Assembly: GCA_964016885.1 (NCBI GenBank)
Contig: OZ024750.1
Coordinates: forward strand, 11,098,001-11,162,000
Source: Eledone cirrhosa
Lineage: Eukaryota
Reading direction: 5' to 3'
DNA length: 64,000 bases
Every line of letters begins with the position of its first letter. The first letter of the stretch is position 1. Below, piece by piece: positions 28,240 through 39,725 of the stretch. Position numbers and translations under genes: made by a program. The notes beneath the pieces are model-generated. The model saw nothing but the letters and a program-made list of their open reading frames with translations. It was not told the DNA's origin and searched no databases.

Positions 28240-28530
28240 ATTTATATATATATAAATGTCTACATATATATATGTCATATATATAGAGAGATATTTATAT
28301 ATATATATAAATGTCTACATATATATATGTCATATATATAGAGAGATATTTATATATATATATAAATGTCTACATATATATATGTCATATATATAGAGAG
28401 ATATTTATATATATATATAAATGTCTACATATATATGTCATATATATAGAGAGAAATTTATATATATATATATATAAATGTCTACATATATATATGTCAT
28501 ATATATAGAGAGATTTATATATATATATGT
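27885..28530. repeat. Minisatellite of ~50-60-bp TA-derived units
   Basis: Repeated ATAAATGTCTACATATATATATGTCATATATATAGAGAGA units. Confidence 0.9.
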
Positions 28531-28603
28531 GATATATATGTGTGTATATATAAATGTATATATACATGTATATATATAAATGTATATATATATATATATA
28601 TAA

Positions 28604-28692
<89 letters not shown>

Positions 28693-29065
28693 TAAATGTA
28701 TATATATTATCGTTGCGAAACTTATTTGGGTTTTGAAATTTATATTTGTCCAGGTATCACGGCTATTGCCAATATGGGTTTGTTTTTATTGATTTATTAT
28801 TTTAAATCGAGACAGGCAAACTGTATTAATCTAATTAGTATTTTGCAATCTAGCTAACTTGGTCGTTTACAATGCAAACGCTTATCATATATTATATTAA
28901 CTTGTATTTCACGGCTCAGAAATGCTTCTTTCTTTGAGGTAATTAATTGTAAAAGACTGTTTGAGTTTATAACTCTAAATAGAATATATATATATATAAA
29001 TAAATGTATATATAAATGTCTATATATATATATAAATGTATATATAAATGTCTATATATATAAAA

Positions 29066-29458
<393 letters not shown>

Positions 29459-29550
29459 GTATATATAAATGTCTATATATATATATATAAAAATAAATAT
29501 CTATATATATATAGATATATAAATAAATGTATATATATATATATAAATAA

Positions 29551-29581
<31 letters not shown>

Positions 29582-29652
29582 TATATATATAAATAAATAT
29601 ATATAAATATATATATATATAAATAAATATATATAAATATATATATATATAA

Positions 29653-29731
<79 letters not shown>

Positions 29732-29746
29732 TATATATATATATAA

Positions 29747-29801
<55 letters not shown>

Positions 29802-29805
<4 letters not shown>

Positions 29806-29887
29806 GAAGGTGAGTTTTATTGTAGTACAATAAAGCAATGCAGATATCGGATAAGTAGCACTCTACAATTTGTAGGACTGGAGTATA
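29802..29887. repeat. ~85-bp interspersed repeat abutting (TA)n (family O)
   Basis: Near-identical copy at 31602-31687, also directly after (TA)n. Confidence 0.8.
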
Positions 29888-29909
29888 AATAATTATTATA
29901 TATATATAA

Positions 29910-30089
29910 GGGCGGTGGATTGGCAGTGTCGGTAGAGGGTCGGACGCTATGCTTTGACGCATAGGGTTACGGCCCTTGCCATTCTGAGTTCAAATCCCGT
30001 CGAGGTTAACTTTGCCTTTCATCCTTATGGGGTCGATAAAATAAAGTACCAGTAATACACTGAGTAATTGCTGGTAAAGTAGAAACAAT

Positions 30090-30092
<3 letters not shown>
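29910..30092 (+). mobile_element. tRNA-SINE, full length
   Basis: GGGCGGTGGATTGGCAGT head through GTAGAAACAATTATT tail. Confidence 0.92.
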
Positions 30093-30143
<51 letters not shown>

Positions 30144-30145
<2 letters not shown>

Positions 30146-30540
30146 GATATTGAACAAATGGAAACTATATTTATAAAACCATATTTATTTCATTATACAT
30201 ATTTCAGCGATACCATATTAAAAATATGGCATGCCTTCTTCAGATAAAATACAATATATAAGCAGTTTTATAAATAAATTTGACGTACCATAAATATTGA
30301 TCAACTTCCATTACGTCAAATTTATTTATAAAACTGCTTATATATTGTATTTTATGTGAAGAAGGCATGCCATATTTTTAATGTGGTATCCCTGAAATAT
30401 GTATAATGAAATAAATATGGTTTTATAAATATAGTTTCCATTTGTTCAATATCGTATATCTACTCCAAAACTTGTTGAGTGCTTTATATCAGTTATAAAA
30501 TATTTCCTCGTTGTAACCCAACAATTTTAAATAAAACTTT

Positions 30541-30543
<3 letters not shown>
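30144..30543. mobile_element. Family F element with ~140-bp fold-back arms
   Basis: Arms at about 30144-30287 and 30312-30455; tail to 30543; (TA)n on both sides. Confidence 0.85.
30186..30251 (-). ncRNA. Type I hammerhead ribozyme (family F)
   Basis: Minus strand: TATTTTAT-CTGAAGA-AGGCATGCCATATT(TTT)AATATGGTATCGCT-GAAA-T(ATGT)A-T-A-ATGAAATA. The plus-arm copy carries C3>G (GTGAAGA). Confidence 0.8.
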
Positions 30544-30585
<42 letters not shown>

Positions 30586-30690
30586 TTATAGATATATATT
30601 AATAAATATATATATATATATATAAATAAAGATATATATATATAAATAAATGTATATATATATAAATAAATGTGTATATATATACATAAA

Positions 30691-30745
<55 letters not shown>

Positions 30746-30917
30746 GTATATATATATAAATAAATGTATATATATATACATAAATCTATATATATATATA
30801 TATATAAATAAATGTATATATATATATAAATAAATGTATATATATATACATAAATGTATATATACATATATATATATAAATAAATGTATATATATATATA
30901 TACACATGTATATATAA

Positions 30918-30953
<36 letters not shown>

Positions 30954-31276
30954 GTATATAATGATGTCTATCTAATTGATTCCATATTACCTGTAAGATC
31001 TGTATTCATGGTATCGCTCATTTAACATTATATTAAACAGTCAATGACATATGAGAAAATAATTGTCTGTATTAGCAACATGTATGGCATGTTTGGCTCT
31101 TCTTTACTATGTTCGACATTTTGCTTCAAATGCTGGTGACATCTCCAAGTAGTGAAAGGTGCCTGCATACATATGAAGACACTTTAAATAGAATACTTCC
31201 GTATCAATATCTTTCCGCGAGTAATATAGGCAAACGAAGATGTCGCTCTGTATCCAAGTATTATATATATATATAT

Positions 31277-31465
31277 GGCGGTGGATGGGCAGTATCGGTA
31301 GAGGGTCGGACGCCATGCTTTGACGTATAGAGTTACGGCCCTTGCCATTCTGAGTTCAAATCCCGCCGAGGTTAACTTTGCCTTTCATCCTTACGGGGTC
31401 GATAAAATAAAGTACCAGTAATGCATTGGGTTATTGCTGGCCTTGTGCCAAACGTAGAAACAATT
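31277..31465 (+). mobile_element. tRNA-SINE, full length
   Basis: Matches the family consensus along its length. Confidence 0.92.
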
Positions 31466-31534
31466 TTTATCATTATTGTAAAATCTAACCTATATTACAC
31501 ATTTGGAGTGACACACATACATCATCCATAGTAC

Positions 31535-31605
<71 letters not shown>

Positions 31606-31726
31606 GGAGGTGAGTTTTATTGTAGTACAATAAAGCAATGCAGATATCGGATAAGAAGCACTCTACAGTTTGTAGGACTGGAGTATACATAATATAAGAT
31701 CAAAAGATGGTTAAAGGAGTTCCATG

Positions 31727-31797
31727 TATTTTATTATGCGCATTTCAAAAACAAACATCATCATGCAATAATATTTGTGTTTTCATCAGATAAAACA
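31727..31797 (-). ncRNA. Type I hammerhead ribozyme (family E, copy 2)
   Basis: Minus strand: TGTTTTAT-CTGATGA-AAACACAAATATTATT..GATGATGTTTGTTTTT-GAAA-T(GCGC)A-T-A-ATAAAATA. The first stem II pair changes G-C to A-U relative to copy 1. Followed by fold-back arms at 31787-31842 and 31858-31913. Confidence 0.85.
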
Positions 31798-31949
31798 GGA
31801 GAACATGATATGAAGGCTAAAAAACACTTGTGGATAGTGCAGTATGTTGATTTAAAACTGCACTATCCACAAGTGTTTTTTAGCCTTCATATCATGTTCT
31901 CCTGTTTTATCTGGTATGATATAATTTATGTTATTTCGCTTAGCTTTCT

Positions 31950-32140
31950 TTTCGATTAATTCGAACCATGCTGAGGTCCATTTATCATTTGATTGACAAA
32001 CATTTCGATGCTGGCGTCGTTTCTGTTCCTTTCCTTCTGTAAGGCCCTTTATCACTTGTCAGGCGTATAGAGAGATGGGCTCTGCCTGAATATATTATGA
32101 ACGCTCACAAATAGCTTCTCTTTGCTCGATGAGGCCGTGG
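31950..32140 (-). pseudogene. Decayed 3' end of an RTE-clade LINE ORF
   Basis: Translation IKGLTEGKEQKRRQHRNVCQSNDKWT resembles the RTE C-terminal pattern (ILQGxxEGxRxRGRQRxxWxDNIKEWT) as I recall it. Confidence 0.5.
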
Positions 32141-32181
32141 TCATCCTAAGCCAGCGATGCAAAACATCGTCATACGTAGAC

Positions 32182-32325
32182 CCCTCTTGGGTCTGACCTT
32201 GTCGTGGCGAGAGGGCTTTTGTGTTTCGTAAATCCGAGAGAGCATTACCGTCTGAAACTTGGCTCCTAGTAGAGCCACCGTAGGCGGGCCGGTCTCCCGG
32301 GGAGGTTCCAGACCAACAGTGACCC
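32182..32325 (+). mobile_element. RTE-clade LINE 5' UTR with HDV-like ribozyme fold
   Basis: CCTTGTCGTGGCGAGAGGGC..GCCACCGTAGGCGG..CCAGACCAA resembles RTE/BovB-type 5' ends. Nested pseudoknot pairings are visible. Confidence 0.6.
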
Positions 32326-33825
32326 GCAGCATGTCGACTCACCGCCAAGATGGCAGCCCCATTATCTGACGAATAGATACAGAGATATAAACGTGGGTAC
32401 CGTTTGTTTCGTGACAACATTGATCTGCAACTTCAAAGTTTCTCGTCTGTCAACTATATCAAACATATTACCATATGTCTACTGGTTTTGATTTACATCA
32501 TATATTTTAGTGTAGAAAAGAAACTATATTTGGCAGAAAAATGTATTGCATATTTTTCCCAACTGTGTAGTTTTATTTGATGATGAGAAAATCCGAACCA
32601 TATTGTACTCATAAATTTTTGAAGACATACTAAAGAATTTTTTAGAAAGTAACATGGAAAAATAGAAAGAAACTTAGAGTTTCATAGAATCGATAAGAAT
32701 GTCAAAGACATATAGACACAAGTCAGATATACGTGAGATAATGAGAGATTAGGAAACATGACGAAAGCTAACACACCAACTGTAAAAATAAAAGCAACAC
32801 AATTAACATATGATGTAAAGAAACAGAATATTAACGAAAGAATTAACGAAAAGTAAATATAAATAATACAATATTAGTGAAAGCAAACGTCGCCGATAAA
32901 AATATTTGATTTGCCTTCAAAATATGATGGAAGTTATTTAGTGTAAGAGATAATATATTAAATAAATAATTGCTCCAACGAATATTTGTGAAGTATAACA
33001 GATTCCAATGTATCAAAGCGCAACAGACTGTCAGTAAGACTCTAGAAAGACAATAAAATATACATATTATAAAATATTCAGTAGAAATGAAATAAAACGT
33101 GTGAAGGCAGAAGGAATATATGATGTGACAAAGAAAGAAACGGACAAATGACAAAAAATAAAATAAGAAAAAATAAAAGAATATAGAATAAGAATCGAGA
33201 AAGAAAAATACGACGCCAGTTGAATGAATGTCTATAAAGTAAAGTAGATTAAATATAAACGTTGATACAAATTTCGGTTAAACAAAGATGAAGTCTATAT
33301 TTTATTTCCTAAGGCTCATCATTAAAAACAATTCTTTTTTTTTTTTCATAAACCAAAATCCCTATTTATAGCTATTGTGTTAATGGCATATAGAAAAATA
33401 GAAAAATTAAAAATTAAAAAAAGAAAAAAGAAAAGAAAAATAAGAAAAAAAAGAAAGAAAGAAAAAAGAAGAAAAAGAAGAAGAAAAAAGAATAGCAATA
33501 ATAATAATCAACAACATGGTATTTCCAATGAAAACATAAGTTACTGTTTTCTGATATATATGTATGTCGTCAAATAAATAACATGGATTTTCCATCCGGA
33601 TACGGATCTAACATAATATTAACAATATCAATCAGTAACTTAATATTATAGACATCCATAACATGCATCGTGGGATTGCTATATTATATATGTTTCGATG
33701 CATCACTGATTCTTCGTTTTCCATATTATACTCTGCTCTGAAGGAGCATACAGTGAGTGCTCAACCGGCATACCGCCTATGGACGCATTCAAGCAACAAA
33801 TATATATATAATGTATATATATGTT

Positions 33826-33859
33826 ATGGTCCATCTGGTGTCTTACCACAACCTCTTTG

Positions 33860-33951
<92 letters not shown>

Positions 33952-34160
33952 CAAAGAGGTTGTGGTAAGACACCAGATGGACCATAACACACCAGAGTAC
34001 TCAATACTTAGGGTAGTAGAGTGGGTAGTAGGAAAAGAGTCAGGACCCCAACAGCTAAGCCCCGGCCGTTTCGACAGCTAGATCAGAACTAAGCCACCAG
34101 TATTGCTTAGTTCGGATCTAGCTGTCGAAACGGCCGGAGCTTAGCTGTTGGGATCCTGGA
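33826..34160. mobile_element. Family A double fold-back structure
   Basis: Tail arms are inverted around (TA)n at about 33862-33949. A second palindrome (34040-34160) is centred on the stem II hairpin. Confidence 0.85.
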
Positions 34161-34309
34161 TCCCCCCCTCCCATATATATATATTAAAATAACAATATTT
34201 GCTCTAGAGTACTTATATATTTATCCTTATCGAGCCCTCTTTGGATTTTAGTCTTCACATTTATTATTATCACTATGTATGTATGCATGCATGCGTGCGT
34301 GCGTGCGCT

Positions 34310-34441
34310 CATCCCGTGTTCAATCGGGGGTAACTACGGTAAATAAGGAATTCAATACATAGCAGAGTATAAACATTTAATATAGAAATGGCTTCTACAT
34401 TGATTTCTTCCGCATTAAGCAGTTCTAGTCCCGTAGAAGCC

Positions 34442-34445
<4 letters not shown>
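34310..34445 (-). mobile_element. Family B degenerate fold-back copy
   Basis: Tail homologous to 6807-6900; residual GTTCTAGTCCCGTAGAAGCC on the inverted arm. Confidence 0.7.
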
Positions 34446-34509
<64 letters not shown>

Positions 34510-34634
34510 TTACTTATAAACAATTAATAAAATACATTGATTTAACGAGTCTTATATATATATATATATATATTAGAAAGTGAGGTTTTTTTTACAAATT
34601 GAAAAATAACCGAGGTGTCCTACACGAGTGAAAG

Positions 34635-34937
34635 TATAAAGAAAAAGAGATGAAATCGAAAATGCAACTGGAGTCTTATTTTTTTTTTAAATATATATAT
34701 TTATTTGGTTCCTTTACCGGTTTCGCAGTTCTTCTGCTTTTCAAAAGGTGAGTTGAGATGGAGGGTCTGTGGTTTTTCTCACATCTCGTGTGAGAAAAAC
34801 CACAGACCCTCCATCTCAACTCACCTTTTGAAAAGCAGAAGAACTGCGAAACCGGTAAAGGAACCAAATAAATATATATATATTTTTTAAAAATAAGACT
34901 CCAGTTGCATTTTCGATTTCATCTCTTTTTCTTTATA
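34635..34937. mobile_element. Near-perfect ~150-bp-arm palindrome (family J)
   Basis: Centre CACA-TCTCG-TGTG at about 34780-34792; arms nearly identical. Confidence 0.92.
34824..34861 (+). ncRNA. Minimal hammerhead with U3-A8 core variant (family J); mirror copy at 34711-34748 (-)
   Basis: CCTT-TTGAAAA-GCAG(AAGAA)CTGC-GAAA-CCGG-T-A-AAGG. Palindromic ACCGGT stem III and GUA triplet. Confidence 0.7.
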
Positions 34938-34947
34938 TATATATATA

Positions 34948-35544
34948 TATGAAGATAGACATAGAATATTCGAAAATATTCTGTATGTTTATAATAAACA
35001 TTTTGAAGACCTAATCGCTATAGAATAGAATACGTCACGTATTACAATTAGATTCTCGATAAAAGCAAAGGAAGTAACCTACGCTTTTCATTCTCATTAG
35101 AAATCTTCAGGATTACATATCCAGTGCTTTTATCTATAGCGATTAGGTCTTCAAAATGTTTATTATAAACATACAGAATATTTTCGAATATTCTATGTCT
35201 ATCTTCACATATATATCGCTATTTCAGAGCATTTAATCCAATTTCTAATTTCTGCCGGACCGGCAACCGCTCTTTCAAACCAGTTCCTGTACACAGCTAA
35301 GTATTCTATAAGTCTCTAGCTGTGTCATTCTCGATAAAAGCACTGGATATGTAATCCTGAAGATTTCTAATGAGAATGAAACGCGTAGGTTACTTCCCTT
35401 GCTTTTATCGAGAATCTAATTGTAATACGTGACGTATTCTATTCTATAGCGATTAGGTCTTCAAAATGTTTATTATAAACATACAGAATATTTTCGAATA
35501 TTCTATGTCTATCTTCACATATATATCGCTATTTCAGAGCATTT

Positions 35545-35551
<7 letters not shown>
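34948..35551. mobile_element. Family K element: inverted copy, partial duplication and full + copy
   Basis: About 34948-35134 is the reverse complement of 35333-35520. 35135-35242 repeats 35445-35551. Ends in (TA)n. Confidence 0.85.
35327..35415 (+). ncRNA. Extended type I hammerhead ribozyme (family K)
   Basis: ATTCTCGATAAAAGCA-(loop)-GTAATC-CTGAAGA-T-TTCT(AATG)AGAA-T-GAAA-CGCG-T-A-GGTTAC-(loop)-TGCTTTTATCGAGAAT. Stem I is 6 bp plus 16 bp with an internal loop; predicted cleavage after 35387. Confidence 0.9.
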
Positions 35552-35610
<59 letters not shown>

Positions 35611-36062
35611 CTCATATACTTCTCAAGGTATGTTTTATATTCTGACAGTACATATGTGTGTTGTTGTGTTTTGTTAATATTTGAAAAGTGATCTCCGTTG
35701 AATGATGACTGGTGAATAATTAATGGATTCTGTTGCTAAATCCAGGATAAAACTGAATGAAAGATTATTCTGTGATATCACACATGTAAAAATAATTATT
35801 TCACTTGAATTACCCTCACGTCTAAGATAATAATAGTTTCTACTTTTGGCACAAGGCCAGCAATTATCTCAGTGTATTACTGGTGATTTTCTTTGAGGGC
35901 ATGAAGCCACAGCTGTGTAGTCACTGAGTTGACTTCAGTACAATGTTGATAACATCGAGGTTGGTAACTACCACGTTGAAGTCGATTCAGTAGGTTTCAA
36001 CTAGAAGAGGGGAACTAATGTTCTATTGTGTTTAGACACTTATCACACTAATGGTACTTTAT

Positions 36063-36064
<2 letters not shown>

Positions 36065-36123
<59 letters not shown>

Positions 36124-36130
36124 GAGAGAG

Positions 36131-36197
<67 letters not shown>
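36065..36197. repeat. (GA)n microsatellite
   Basis: AG run with a short GATA interruption. Confidence 0.97.
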
Positions 36198-36201
<4 letters not shown>

Positions 36202-37259
36202 CATTTGTTTCAGAAGAAATAGCAAAATTAACATTTTCATCTTCCTTATAAAAACTGTACGTTGAGTAGCTACGAAATATTCATGTGAAAATGTTATTGT
36301 ATTTTTGGTTTGGAAAGTAAGGTATACGATACGATTCCAAACTATATTCCATGTAAATGTTCCCTTTGGTTTAAGAACATTTATTCTCAAAATTTTCACG
36401 TGAAAATCTTGTATTTTTGGTTTGGAATGGAAGGTATACGATACAATTGCAAACTATATTTCATGTGAATGTTTTCTTTGATTTGATAACACTTATTTAA
36501 AAGAATTAACCTGAAAAGAATTTCTCATCCAAGTATGTCTCATATATCTGTTAACGTTTTAAGTAACATAACTTGTTGAGAGATATTTAAAAGTATGTTG
36601 TGTTGTTTTGCTTATGTCAGCTGAGAGTGCAAATAATGTTACACTTCCATTTATGTCATCTGGAAATACAAATAACGTGACATTTTCATTGAGAGAAAGT
36701 AGAAAATGTATAAAATATAAAAGACATTCATTTTTGAATATATTAAACAGTAAAATAAAATAGTAAAATCATTAGTATAATTTGCTGATTTAAATAAATA
36801 TATTTATAGTTATTTCATAATGGAATTGTTTATGAACAGACTTCTTCCAATAGTTACGAAAGGCAGATAGTAACATCAATGGAAAAAGAAATGGAATCTT
36901 AGTTTCATGGAACCGATGTGACGAACGATTCCAATTTTTCCTTTATCAATGTATGATTGTTATAAACAAAGTGTTGACGATACAGCTCTTATCAGATATG
37001 TCCTGAGAATTGTATTCACGCTAAAAGGTGTTTTCTAGTTGAGTCGTACTACAAATATAGAACGGCTTGCATTTGTCACATTCAATATGTTATAACATAT
37101 GTGGCCTCTGGCACGTACCTGTGGCGCTGGTGGGGACTTAGTCAGCGTGCATTGGTTGTTGATGTAATGGGCAAGAGAGCACGTTAACTATATATTTTTA
37201 TCCTTCATCTACGACAGTTACATACTTGATAAGGAAACAAGTATAGTCTTCTTATCGAA

Positions 37260-39225
37260 TTTCACTCCCTTTATTAAAAAGAATACTCTCTTTCGCTCCC
37301 TTTATTAAGAAGAATACCCTGTTTCACTCCCTTTATTAAAAAGAATACCCTGTTTCGCTCTCTTTATTAAGAAGAATACCCTGTTTCACTCTCTTTATTA
37401 AGAAGAATACCCTGTTTCACTCCCTTTATTAAAAAGAATACCGTGTTTCGCTCTCTTTATTAAGAAGAATACCCTGTTTCACTCCCTTTATTAAAAAGAA
37501 TACCCTGTTTCGCTCTCTTTATTAAGAAGAATACCCTGTTTCACTCTCTTTATTAAGAAGAATACCCTGTTTCACTCCCTTTATTAAAAAGAATACTCTG
37601 TTTCGCTCTCTTTATTAAGAAGAATACCCTGTTTCGCTCTCTTTATTAAGAAGAATACCCTGTTTCACTCTCTTTATTAAGAAGAATACCCTGTTTCACT
37701 CTCTTTATTAAGAAGAATACCCTGTTTCACTCCCTTTATTAAAAAGAATACTCTGTTTCGCTCTCTTTATTAAGAAGAATACCCTGTTTCGCTCTCTTTA
37801 TTAAGAAGAATACCCTGTTTCACTCCCTTTATTAAAAAGAATACCCTGTTTCGCTCTCTTTATTAAGAAGAATACCCTGTTTCACTCCCTTTATTAAAAA
37901 GAATACTCTGTTTCGCTCTCTTTATTAAGAAGAATACCCTGTTTCACTCCCTTTATTAAAAAGAATACCCTGTTTCGCTCTCTTTATTAAGAAGAATACC
38001 CTGTTTCGCTCTCTTTATTAAGAAGAATAACCTGTTTCACTCCCTTTATTAAAAAGAATACTCTGTTTCGCTCTCTTTATTAAGAAGAATACCCTGTTTC
38101 GCTCTCTTTATTAAGAAGAATACCCTGTTTCACTCCCTTTATTAAAAAGAATACTCTGTTTCGCTCTCTTTATTAAGAAGAATACCCTGTTTCGCTCTCT
38201 TTATTAAGAAGAATACCCTGTTTCACTCCCTTTATTAAAAAGAATACCCTGTTTCGCTCTCTTTATTAAGAAGAATACCCTGTTTCGCTCTCTTTATTAA
38301 GAAGAATACCCTGTTTCACTCCCTTTATTAAAAAGAATACTCTGTTTCGCTCTCTTTATTAAGAAGAATACCCTGTTTCGCTCTCTTTATTAAGAAGAAT
38401 ACCCTGTTTCACTCCCTTTATTAAAAAGAATACCCTGTTTCGCTCTCTTTATTAAGAAGAATACCCTGTTTCACTCCCTTTATTAAAAAGAATACTCTGT
38501 TTCGCTCTCTTTATTAAGAAGAATACCCTGTTTCACTCCCTTTATTAAAAAGAATACCCTGTTTCGCTCTCTTTATTAAGAAGAATACCCTGTTTCACTC
38601 CCTTTATTAAAAAGAAGACTCTGTTTCGCTCTCTTTATTAAGAAGATACCCTGTTTCACTCCCTTTATTAAAAAGAATACTCTGTTTCGCTCTCTTTATT
38701 AAGAAGAATACCCTGTTTCACTCCCTTTATTAAAAAGAATACCCTGTTTCGCTCTCTTTATTAAGAAGAATACCCTGTTTCACTCCCTTTATTAAAAAGA
38801 ATACTCTGTTTCGCTCTCTTTATTAAGAAGAATACCCTGTTTCACTCCCTTTATTAAAAAGAATACTCTGTTTCGCTCTCTTTATTAAGAAGAATACCCT
38901 GTTTTACTCCCTTTATTAAAAAGAATACCCTGTTTCGCTCTCTTTATTAAGAAGAATACCCTGTTTCACTCCCTTTATTAAAAAGAATACCCTGTTTCGC
39001 TCTCTTTATTAAGAAGAATACCCTGTTTCACTCCCTTTATTAAAAAGAATACCCTGTTTCGCTCTCTTTATTAAGAAGAATACCCTGTTTCACTCCCTTT
39101 ATTAAAAAGAATACTCTGTTTCGCTCTCTTTATTAAGAAGAATACCCTGTTTCACTCCCTTTATTAAAAAGAATACCCTGTTTCGCTCTCTTTATTAAGA
39201 AGAATACCCTGTTTTACTACCTTTG
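37260..39225. repeat. 31-bp tandem minisatellite, about 63 units, two alternating variants
   Basis: CCCTGTTTCACTCCCTTTATTAAAAAGAATA and CCCTGTTTCGCTCTCTTTATTAAGAAGAATA, period 31. Confidence 0.98.
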
Positions 39226-39594
39226 TTACATACAGTACTCGGTTTGACTGCCTTTATTAAAGAGAACTAGCAGAAGTACTTACCTACCTTGGTTTGTAAT
39301 AAAGTGCATATGAAGGTATATACACCAAATGTTTAATGTACAAGGTACATACATGAGCTTTGCTATAAATCTTAGCTGTGACATGATCTCTGATTCAAAC
39401 ATTCAAAGCAAGATTCAGGTTTATTTAGTTTAGATAGAAATATTGTATATGCGTTCATATACGTCCCTGTTCTATTTATGAATAAATAATATATATATAT
39501 TCATATATATAAGTCTGCCATTCGCGTATGTTATGTGCGAGTATATATATAGATATATGTGTGAGTATATATGTGTGTGTGTTGCGTGCGAGTA

Positions 39595-39725
<131 letters not shown>

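Noticed and set aside
29910-30005. tRNA genes suggested by A/B boxes (GAGTTCAAATCCC)
   Set aside because: These are SINE heads that continue into the SINE body and tail; no full cloverleaf is evident
37260-39225. CRISPR-like periodic array
   Set aside because: Head-to-tail units with no unique spacers, no cas genes, eukaryotic context
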